Program-made: the position numbers and the translations under genes
Part shown: positions 18,461 to 25,352 of the stretch, piece after piece
Layout: each line of letters begins with the position of its first letter
Numbering within the stretch: the first letter of the stretch is position 1
NCBI GenBank assembly: GCA_043798355.1
Contig: JAZDOT010000002.1
Span: 1,160-65,159, forward strand
Direction of reading: 5' to 3'
Length of the DNA: 64,000 nt
DNA from: Candidatus Peregrinibacteria bacterium
GTDB taxonomy: Bacteria > Patescibacteriota > Gracilibacteria > Peribacterales > Peribacteraceae
Notes under the pieces: generated by a model
What the model was told of the DNA's origin: nothing
The model's input: only the letters and a program-made list of their open reading frames with translations
Databases searched by the model: none

Positions 18461-18536
18461 TTTATGGTTATTGGTTCTGCGTACTATACGAAAGACACTG
18501 CAAGGAAGAACTAATAACTAATAACCAATCAACCAG
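18447..18536. repeat. Two heptamer arrays in inverted orientation (TTATTGG-type / AACTAAT-type) around a 30-nt core
   Basis: ttattggtttttagtttatggttattggtt ... aactaataactaataaccaatcaaccag. The first array contains the stop codon of the upstream gene (18458-18460). Confidence 0.75.
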
Positions 18537-18650
18537 TGAACTTTTTGGAGAGGAAGTGCCTTGTTTCTTCAAGTCGATGCACTCTATGATAGTCACGTTC
18601 CCTTCGTTCCCCCCTTTCTTCTGTACCGACGATCGCATCACGGTTCGATA

Positions 18651-19157
18651 ATGAATGAAAAGCGTCCGCGCACCAATGAACAGATCCGCGTGCCGGAGGT
18701 GCTCCTCGTTTCCGATGACGGTGCGGAGAAAGTTTTGATCGCCGACGCGCTGGCACGGGCGAAAGCTCTGGAGCTGGACCTCATCGAGATCGCTCCGAAG
18801 GGGGTTCCGCCCGTCGTGAAGATCGGCGATATCGGCCAGTACATGTATCAGGTGAAGAAGAAGGAACGCAAGCAGCGAGCGCACAGCAAGCAGACGGAGG
18901 TGAAGACGCTCCGGTTCGGGTTCCGCACGGACCGCCACGATCTCGACCGCCTCACGGATCGCGCGCGGGAGTTCTTCGCCGAACGGCACCTCGTGAAGTT
19001 CGTCGTGCGTCTGCGGGGACGGGAACTGACGAATAAGTCGTACGCCAAACAGAAATTGGAGTCCCTTGTCACCAGTCTTGCGAACGAAGCGGAGATCGAA
19101 TCGGAGGTGAAGCAGCAGGGGACGCAGTACATTGTCGTTCTTAGAGGTAAAAGGTAA
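18651..19157 (+). CDS. infC: Translation initiation factor IF-3
   Basis: MNEKRPRTNEQIRVPEVLLVSDDGAEKVLIADALARAKALELDLIEIAP... It lies upstream of rpmI-rplT in the conserved operon order. Confidence 0.9.
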   Translation: MNEKRPRTNEQIRVPEVLLVSDDGAEKVLIADALARAKALELDLIEIAPKGVPPVVKIGDIGQYMYQVKKKERKQRAHSKQTEVKTLRFGFRTDRHDLDRLTDRAREFFAERHLVKFVVRLRGRELTNKSYAKQKLESLVTSLANEAEIESEVKQQGTQYIVVLRGKR

Positions 19158-19255
19158 TTCAGTTGTGGTGAGGGTATTGAGAAATCACGTTTTTCATTTG
19201 CTTCCTCTTTCCGCCTCTCTATACTGCGCCCATTCCGTGCGGAATTTTGTTTTCT

Positions 19256-19450
19256 ATGCCAAAGCTCAAGTCCCACAGCGGCACGAAGAAGCGCGTCCGG
19301 CGCACAGGGAGTGGGAAACTCGCGGTGCAGCGGCATAGCCGCAATCACCTCCTCATGCAGAAGAACAAGCGCCAGAAGCGCCTCAACCGCACGGTCATCG
19401 TCGAACTGACCGAGCGGCGCACACTCCAGAATCTCGTTCCCTATCTCTAG
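19256..19450 (+). CDS. rpmI: 50S ribosomal protein L35
   Basis: MPKLKSHSGTKKRVRRTGSGKLAVQRHSRNHLL... Confidence 0.9.
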   Translation: MPKLKSHSGTKKRVRRTGSGKLAVQRHSRNHLLMQKNKRQKRLNRTVIVELTERRTLQNLVPYL

Positions 19451-19514
19451 AACATGCGCGTGATGGTTCGGCTTCGCTCACCATGACACGCCCCCTCCTC
19501 TTCCTCTCCACTTC

Positions 19515-19856
19515 ATGCGTGTCAAACGTGGCATCGTCCGGCATCGTCGTCATACGAAAATCCGCGCCATGGCGAAGGGGTACCGCGGCATGCGGCACTC
19601 CACCTTCAAGAAGGCCAAGGAAGCCGTGTACCGCGCCGGGCAGAATGCATACCGCGATCGCAAGAAGAAGAAGCGGGTCTTCCGCGGTCTCTGGATCGTC
19701 CGTTTGAGTGCGGCGCTCAAGGAGCGCGGTCTCTCCTATGCCCCGTTCATCAAGGCGCTCACCGTGAAAAAGATCCTCCTCAACCGCAAGGTCCTGAGCG
19801 AGCTGGCTATTCACGAGCCGGCGGCGTTCGATGCCGTTGTGAAGGCGACGCGGTAA
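19515..19856 (+). CDS. rplT: 50S ribosomal protein L20
   Basis: MRVKRGIVRHRRHTKIRAMAKGYRG...RDRKKKKRVFRGLWIVRLSAA... Confidence 0.92.
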   Translation: MRVKRGIVRHRRHTKIRAMAKGYRGMRHSTFKKAKEAVYRAGQNAYRDRKKKKRVFRGLWIVRLSAALKERGLSYAPFIKALTVKKILLNRKVLSELAIHEPAAFDAVVKATR

Positions 19857-19860
19857 TTAT

Positions 19861-20056
19861 CCTCTCCTTTTAGACCCCTCCCCGCCCAACCCGTTTTCCC
19901 GCACGGGGAGGGGAGCACGTTTTCAAGATTGCATTGATGATTTCGGGTCATGCAGGGAGTACTCCATGCTTTTGCTAACGGAGGTTCATGCAGTCTCCCC
20001 CTCCCCTGGAAGGCTGGTGGGTGGGGAGGGGAGGGGGCGCAGAGGGGGGAGAGGAA
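19861..20056. mobile_element. MITE-like palindromic element, copy 2 (shorter core)
   Basis: cctctccttttagacccctccccgcccaacc...ggggaggggagcacgttttcaagattgcat ... gcagtctccccctcccc...ggggaggggagggggcgcagaggggggagagg. Both ends match copy 1. It ends 2 nt from the stop codon of a paralog stub. Confidence 0.7.
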
Positions 20057-20058
20057 AA

Positions 20059-20118
20059 TTAATAGACTTCTTTAAGATAACACTCCTCGCACAGCACTCT
20101 CTCCGGCCTCTCGGGAGC
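20059..20118 (-). pseudogene. 3'-terminal stub of a further Cys-rich paralog
   Basis: The minus strand reads ...A P E R P E R V L C E E C Y L K E V Y TAA. This is nearly identical to the C-termini of P1 (RPETVYCEECYLKEVY) and P4 (APERPEIVHCEQCYLKEVY). There is no upstream coding continuity, and it lies directly 3' of the P3 stop. Confidence 0.75.
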
Positions 20119-20147
20119 GCCTGCCGGCCGTAGCGGCCAATCGATGA

Positions 20148-21815
20148 TCAATAAACAAGAGAGAGATAGCAGGATTCACAGTAAACGATTTCAGGCCGCG
20201 AAGGCTGGAATGTGGATTCCACCTCTTTGCTACACCGAGAGCACAGTCTTCTCCAGAGTCTGCGGGGCGGACGTCTCTTCAGACGCTCCTCGTGGCGTTC
20301 CTCCGGGTGGAGGTGTGGTGGGGGGAGGGCGTACGTCCGGTAGAACTGGAGTTCCTGTTTGGTGATGCGGAAGGGGCGTCCTGTCCGAGCGGAGGTCACG
20401 GCCCAGTTTAGGACATCGTCGGGGATCTCCGTGATTGAATCTGGCAATTGGGCAGCCGGGATGATTTTTTTTACATCCAACGGTTCATCCGTTTCGTCAT
20501 GCCACTTATATCCGCGTTTGATTGCTTCCTCCTTCGCGAGCGGGAAGTACTCCATGGCAATCGTTTCGTTGTAGGCGTAGGGGCACACATCCTTCGGAAA
20601 GAATTGTCCCCATTCACCTGTACGCTGCATGTGAGCAACAAGCGCTTCATGCAGCTTCTCATATTCTTTTTCTGAATATTGCTTGTTCAAAATACAGTGC
20701 TGTTTTTTCTTCAGTCCCACGCAGCCGAAACAATCCTTGCATCCCGTGCAACCGTCGCAGTAGAGAAGATCGGAATTGTTGGTCGTGCAGGTGGTGCAGA
20801 ACTTGAGCTGGAACGCGTTATTGCCGCATGCCGCGCACTGGTACAGCTGCTCGGCTTTGTCGCCCCAAGAGGTGTAATCCCTGCTCGATTTCACCCCCAT
20901 GGCCACCTTTTCGCAGTGTGCGCAGTCCTCCAGATCCTTGCAGTCCATGCAGGAGAAGGAGTTCTTGGAGTCGTATAAATGATCTCCCGTGCAGTTTTCG
21001 TTGCGTTCCGCCTGAACGAAGCGTTGCGGTTGCCTCTGGAAGAAGGCTTCTGCTTGTGTGCGAAACATTTCAATGCCTTTCGCCGATTCCAGATGCAGCG
21101 TCGCTTTGCGTTTCAGATATTCCTCCTCCGTCAGTTGTTCGTTTCGGATCATGTGCCGTTTCTGACGCTGGTTGATGCACCCGATGCACTCCCGGCACCC
21201 GATGCAGTTCTTCAGGAAATAACTCTCGGAGCAGTTCTGGCAATCCTGCGAGAAGAACAGGCTGTGACTTCCGGTACAGTCTGTGCACTCGTAACAAATT
21301 TCGGAGTCGTAACAATTGCTGCAGTCCACTACATTTTTGCAGTGGTAGATGCGGTTGCAGTAGTAGCAATCCTCGTTGTAATCCACTTCGAAACACAAGT
21401 AGCAATTCTTCATGAATCCCGCGCAATTGGTGTAATCACTGTTCTCCATCGAGCCCTGGATGACGAACCGTGCCTGATGGGGGACGACATTCTTGAGTGC
21501 AAGGAATTGCGGGAAAAACGGTTTGTCGAGGTCAACATTCCTTCCGGCATCCAGACCGTCCCACACATCACTCCACCACACTTCCGGTGCGAAGACCGGA
21601 AAGGGATGCTCGGCGTGGTACTGCGAGAGAATGCGTTTCCCCGTGCGTGAGCATGTTCGCCAGTAGAGTTTGCGGGCATTGCGTTCATTCATGCGACGCA
21701 TGAGGCGGCACTCCGGACAGGAGAGCGGCGGCGGCACGTCGAAGTCGCGCAGAAATTTCTGATCGTCATCCGTGATCTCGAAGGATGTGCCGCATTCGGA
21801 GCAGGTGCGCTGCAT
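20148..21815 (-). CDS. Cysteine-rich double zinc-ribbon protein, paralog P3
   Basis: MQRTCSECGTSFEITDDDQKFL...SCPECRLMRR..RNARKLYWRTC...WWSDVWD; CIGCRECIGCINQRQKRHMIRNEQLTEEEY; CDGCTGCKDCFGCVGLKKKQHCILNKQYSEKEY; RPFRITKQELQFYR...RPEIVYCESCYLSLVY. Confidence 0.88.
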   Translation of the reverse strand: MQRTCSECGTSFEITDDDQKFLRDFDVPPPLSCPECRLMRRMNERNARKLYWRTCSRTGKRILSQYHAEHPFPVFAPEVWWSDVWDGLDAGRNVDLDKPFFPQFLALKNVVPHQARFVIQGSMENSDYTNCAGFMKNCYLCFEVDYNEDCYYCNRIYHCKNVVDCSNCYDSEICYECTDCTGSHSLFFSQDCQNCSESYFLKNCIGCRECIGCINQRQKRHMIRNEQLTEEEYLKRKATLHLESAKGIEMFRTQAEAFFQRQPQRFVQAERNENCTGDHLYDSKNSFSCMDCKDLEDCAHCEKVAMGVKSSRDYTSWGDKAEQLYQCAACGNNAFQLKFCTTCTTNNSDLLYCDGCTGCKDCFGCVGLKKKQHCILNKQYSEKEYEKLHEALVAHMQRTGEWGQFFPKDVCPYAYNETIAMEYFPLAKEEAIKRGYKWHDETDEPLDVKKIIPAAQLPDSITEIPDDVLNWAVTSARTGRPFRITKQELQFYRTYALPPPHLHPEERHEERLKRRPPRRLWRRLCSRCSKEVESTFQPSRPEIVYCESCYLSLVY

Positions 21816-21818
21816 TGC

Positions 21819-23600
21819 TCAATATACTTCCTTCAAGTAACACTGTTCGCAATGGACGATCTCAGGCCGCTCAGGTGCGTACGTTGTTTCAATGGTTTTC
21901 TGACACTCCGCACACTTCCGGCTCCAGAGCTTCCTTGGATTCCGAAGCGTCATACGCAGGCGATGCCGCTCGTCGGGATGGCGGTGTGGAACCGGAAGCT
22001 TCATCTGACGGTAAAGATCCAATTCCTGCTTGATGATCCTGAAGGGGCGCTTGGTTTTCTCGCAGGTCACAGCCCAATTGAGGATATCGTCAGGAACGTC
22101 GGCGATGGTGTTTGGCAACCGGGCACCAGGGATGGTTTTCACGACCTTCGGCATGTCATCGCTCTCGTCTCTCCACTTCCAGCCTACGCGCAGCGGAGGC
22201 TGCCCACCGTAGCCTTGGCATAGGTGGGCATTCGAAGATTGCGCAGAGGCTGCGCTACGGCCGGCAGGCCAGCCACCATTCAGGACTTCCTCCTTTGTGA
22301 GAGGGAAGTACGTTTGCGCCTGCGTCGTGTTGTACGGGAAGCAGGCGTACTGGATCGGGAAGTATTCTCCCCACTCTCCTGACTTCTGCATGTGCTCGAT
22401 GATCCGGCCTGCGAGTTTCTCGTACTCCTCCTTTTGGTACTGCTTGTTGAAGATGCAATACTGGTTCCGTTTCATGCCCACGCAGCCGAAGAGGTCGCTG
22501 CAGTTCATGCAGTATGTGCAGTACGTGAGGCGCACGTTGCTGAAGCAGTGCGAGGTGAAGAGGAGGTTTCTGGTCTTGAGTCCTCCGAACGCGCTCTCAT
22601 AGCACAGTTCTGCGTCGCCGATCTCCTGCAGGTCGAGGGAATCCTTCACCGGCTCCCAGATCTGGTAGCAGTACGTGCAGTCCCACATGTCGGAGGAGTC
22701 GAAGCAGTGGTACGCGTGCTTGCTCCCCGTGATGTAGTCGCCGAGAACGTCTTCGTTCTGCACGCCGTGCATGTACTTCTGCGGGAACCGCAGGCGGAAC
22801 GCCTCGAATTCCTTGTCGAAGGCCTGGAGCGCGGCGAACGATTGAAGCTCGGCCACCGTGCGCTCGAACTCCTGGCGGGAGACCTTCACATTCCGGATGC
22901 AGTACTCCTTGTTCTGCTGGTTGGCACACAGGATGCAGTGCTTGCAGCCGATGCAGTTACTGAGGAACAGGGAATCATGGCAGTTTTGGCAGTCGCGCAC
23001 GTATTTGCAGTTGTAGCATTCCACGCAGTCCACACACTCGTAGCAGAGCTCACCCTTGCGCAGGCGGAAGCAATCCATGCAGCTTTCGCAGTGGTTCAAG
23101 CTGTAACTGTAGAAGCAATCGCGGTTGTAGTCAGAGTCGAAGATGAGGTAACAGTTCTTGTTATTCGTCGCGTAGTTCGTGTAGTCCGCGTTCTCATCGA
23201 ACTCGTAGGCAGTGTTGACGTTGTGCCGGGGAACGGAGAGGAGCAACTCGTTGTACTGCTCAAAGAACGGGCGCGAGAAGTCGAAGTCCCGTCCGTACTT
23301 CAGCGGATCGTAGCGGTCCGACCACCAAACCTTCTGCTTGTAGACGGGATAGGGATCTGCGGGATGGTAATTCGACACCATTTCCTCTCCCGTGAGATCG
23401 CACTTGCGCTTGTAGAGGTGCATCTGGTTCGCCTGTGCCACTCTGCGCTGCTGGCGGCACTCGGGGCAGTGGGTCGGCCGGGGGATGTCGTACTTCTTCC
23501 CGGCGAACACGGGCGCGATCTTCGCGCGGAAGGCGTCTTCTTCCGGAGAGACCGCATATGCATTGCCGCAGTGGATACAGGTGTGTGCAGAACTTGCCAT
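21819..23600 (-). CDS. Cysteine-rich double zinc-ribbon protein, paralog P4
   Basis: The Met at 23600 (MASSAHTCIHCGNAYAVSPEEDAF...HCPECRQQRR) aligns with the paralogs. The stop lies 3 nt upstream of the P3 start, so the two form a tandem pair. It has an extra insert of about 30 aa (PAGRSAASAQSSNAHLCQGYGGQPPLRV) relative to the others. The track ORF extension to 23894 is not supported. Confidence 0.85.
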   Translation of the reverse strand: MASSAHTCIHCGNAYAVSPEEDAFRAKIAPVFAGKKYDIPRPTHCPECRQQRRVAQANQMHLYKRKCDLTGEEMVSNYHPADPYPVYKQKVWWSDRYDPLKYGRDFDFSRPFFEQYNELLLSVPRHNVNTAYEFDENADYTNYATNNKNCYLIFDSDYNRDCFYSYSLNHCESCMDCFRLRKGELCYECVDCVECYNCKYVRDCQNCHDSLFLSNCIGCKHCILCANQQNKEYCIRNVKVSRQEFERTVAELQSFAALQAFDKEFEAFRLRFPQKYMHGVQNEDVLGDYITGSKHAYHCFDSSDMWDCTYCYQIWEPVKDSLDLQEIGDAELCYESAFGGLKTRNLLFTSHCFSNVRLTYCTYCMNCSDLFGCVGMKRNQYCIFNKQYQKEEYEKLAGRIIEHMQKSGEWGEYFPIQYACFPYNTTQAQTYFPLTKEEVLNGGWPAGRSAASAQSSNAHLCQGYGGQPPLRVGWKWRDESDDMPKVVKTIPGARLPNTIADVPDDILNWAVTCEKTKRPFRIIKQELDLYRQMKLPVPHRHPDERHRLRMTLRNPRKLWSRKCAECQKTIETTYAPERPEIVHCEQCYLKEVY

Positions 23601-23641
23601 ATACCCGGAAATGTATATTGGATATTTGTGTATGTCAATAC

Positions 23642-23662
23642 TTTCACAAATAATATGTGAAA
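23642..23662. promoter_or_regulatory. Perfect 7-7-7 palindrome TTTCACA-aataata-TGTGAAA in the divergent P4/TrmB-2 promoter region
   Basis: Seen directly. TACAAT at 23679-23684 lies only about 10 nt before the TrmB-2 ATG. This is a candidate operator and -10 box. Confidence 0.4.
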
Positions 23663-23693
23663 CTGTGAAGAGCCATGGTACAATACTTCTTGG

Positions 23694-24428
23694 ATGCCCA
23701 TCGACATTCTCCAATCGTTCGGCCTTTCCAAAGCGGAAGCCGAACTCTACGAGTTGCTCCTGCCGCTCGGCGATGTTCCCATGGCGGCGGTGACGCGCGT
23801 CACCGGGAGACATCCACAGAGCATCTACCGTCTCGTGGATCAGCTGGTTGCCAAGGGGCTCGTGATTTCCGAGGTCCGCCAGCATCGCCGGCACATCCGT
23901 GCGGAAGATCCACGTGTGTTCGAGCAGAAGCAGGCGGAGCGATTACGCCGTCTCCGTGAGTCCCTGCCGGCCCTCCGGGCACTCCAGGAGAGGCCGCAGG
24001 AGGCTGTCGTGCGCATCGAACGGGGGCCCGAAGCGGTCCGCAATCTGCGACGGCGCGCATTTTCCGCGCTCGGGGCGGGGGAGACGTACTACATCCTCAG
24101 CGCGTCCGGCAGCCGTTTCTACGAGATCATGGGGGACGCGATGGAGAAGACCGAGCGCCTGCGCATCAGGCGGAAAGTCCGCAAGAAGATGCTCGCGTTC
24201 GAGAGCCAGCGCGCGCTCCTCACGCAGAACGAGGTCTTCCGGACGTACGTAGAGATGCGCTACCTGCCGGAGACGTTTCCGGTTCCATCCAGTACCAATA
24301 TCTACGGGAATGTCACCGCCATCCAGATCTGGTCGGAGGATCCCATTGTCATTCTCATGGAGAGCAGGGAAGTCGCTCAGAGTTACAAGGACTACTTCGA
24401 GACGCTGTGGAAGATGGGAAGGGGGTAG
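23694..24428 (+). CDS. TrmB-like winged-helix transcriptional regulator (paralog 2 of 3)
   Basis: MPIDILQSFGLSKAEAELYELLLPLGDVPMAAVTRVTGRHPQSIYRLVDQLVAKGLVISE... The C-terminus is SYKDYFETLWKMGRG. Divergent from P4. Confidence 0.78.
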   Translation: MPIDILQSFGLSKAEAELYELLLPLGDVPMAAVTRVTGRHPQSIYRLVDQLVAKGLVISEVRQHRRHIRAEDPRVFEQKQAERLRRLRESLPALRALQERPQEAVVRIERGPEAVRNLRRRAFSALGAGETYYILSASGSRFYEIMGDAMEKTERLRIRRKVRKKMLAFESQRALLTQNEVFRTYVEMRYLPETFPVPSSTNIYGNVTAIQIWSEDPIVILMESREVAQSYKDYFETLWKMGRG

Positions 24429-24448
24429 GGTCGATCTCCACGGCAGGG

Positions 24449-24712
24449 TTACCGGTAGATCTCGCGGCGGTGCCCTACTTTCAGAACGAGGAACATCCCG
24501 TCATTCTCGTCTCGCAGAAGCAGCCGATAATCGCCGATACGCAGGCGATGGGTGGCGGGGTCCATATCGATCATTGGTTCGAGTACGGAGAAGATAGCAG
24601 GATGTTTCTTGAGCTCCTGCAGTTTTTCACGGATTCTCTGCTGCGTTGCAGCATCCCATTTCAGGAAGAGCCTCTTCGCCTTTTTGGTAAAGCAGAAGGT
24701 GTTCATCCTCAA
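24449..24712 (-). CDS. RelE/ParE-family type II toxin
   Basis: ...ATHRLRIGDYRLLLRDENDGMFLVLKVGHRREIYR is the typical RelE/ParE C-terminal signature. It overlaps the upstream antitoxin gene by 4 nt. Confidence 0.8.
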   Translation of the reverse strand: MRMNTFCFTKKAKRLFLKWDAATQQRIREKLQELKKHPAIFSVLEPMIDMDPATHRLRIGDYRLLLRDENDGMFLVLKVGHRREIYR

Positions 24713-24957
24713 ATAGCGAGATTCGAACGGCCGCTTTCCTGAGATGTGCGCAGTTCTGTCTTCAGTGCGGCGGCATTCCGGTACATCTCGTAATCTTCCA
24801 TGTACTGTGCAACCGCTTCGTCATTCTCACTGAAGTAGGGCAACACCACGGCACTCGCCTTGCCGCGATTCGTAATGATAACGCTCGCACGGCCCAGCCA
24901 CAGGAGCAGCTTCCCGATATTTTTCTGGAGCTCGGAGGTGGTGACGATTTTCGGCAT
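24709..24957 (-). CDS. Phd/YefM-family type II antitoxin
   Basis: MPKIVTTSELQKNIGKLLLWLGRASVIITNRGKASAVVLPYFSENDE... is a Phd/YefM-type N-terminus. It lies immediately upstream of the toxin. Confidence 0.75.
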   Translation of the reverse strand: MPKIVTTSELQKNIGKLLLWLGRASVIITNRGKASAVVLPYFSENDEAVAQYMEDYEMYRNAAALKTELRTSQESGRSNLAI

Positions 24958-25014
24958 ATATCACTGACTATATTATCAACGATATATCTAAAGTCAAGGA
25001 CTTTCTGTGCTCAG

Positions 25015-25101
25015 GATCCCATTGTCATCATCGAGAGCACGGAGGCGGCACAGAGCTACAAGGATTACTTCGAGATGCTGTGGAAGATGGGGCGATCTTA
25101 A
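25015..25101 (+). pseudogene. 3'-terminal stub of a TrmB-like regulator gene
   Basis: It reads D P I V I I E S T E A A Q S Y K D Y F E M L W K M G R S TAA, versus DPIVILMESREVAQSYKDYFETLWKMGRG* at the end of TrmB-2 (24339-24428). There is no upstream reading frame. Confidence 0.75.
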
Positions 25102-25240
25102 GAAATTGCTTTCACCATGCCCTTCGTGTGCACGACAAAATCTTTGTTCATGCCTTTTCTTAGGTATCTCACAACCAATAGCCACATGCTTCGATATTTG
25201 CTTTTCATGAGCGGGAAAGTGGAGGAGAAAGGACGCTGAA

Positions 25241-25320
25241 CTAATAGACGGCTTTCAAATAGCATTCCTCACCCATTCGACTCGTCGCCTCTGGGCGAAC
25301 TTCGCTCAGGGCGAATCTTG
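25241..25320 (-). pseudogene. Degenerate 3'-terminal stub of a further Cys-rich paralog
   Basis: The minus strand reads ...E V R P E A T S R M G E E C Y L K A V Y TAG (compare RPETVYCEECYLKEVY). It lies directly 3' of the P5 stop. Confidence 0.6.
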
Positions 25321-25352
25321 CATGGCCGCTGATGATTGAACGGAGTGACATT

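Noticed and set aside
20120-20135. 16-nt exact match in inverse orientation between 20120-20135 (cctgccggccgtagcg) and 22254-22269, inside the P4-specific insert.
   Set aside because: About one such 16-mer match is expected by chance in a 64-kb GC-biased window when both orientations are considered. The flanks do not extend the similarity.
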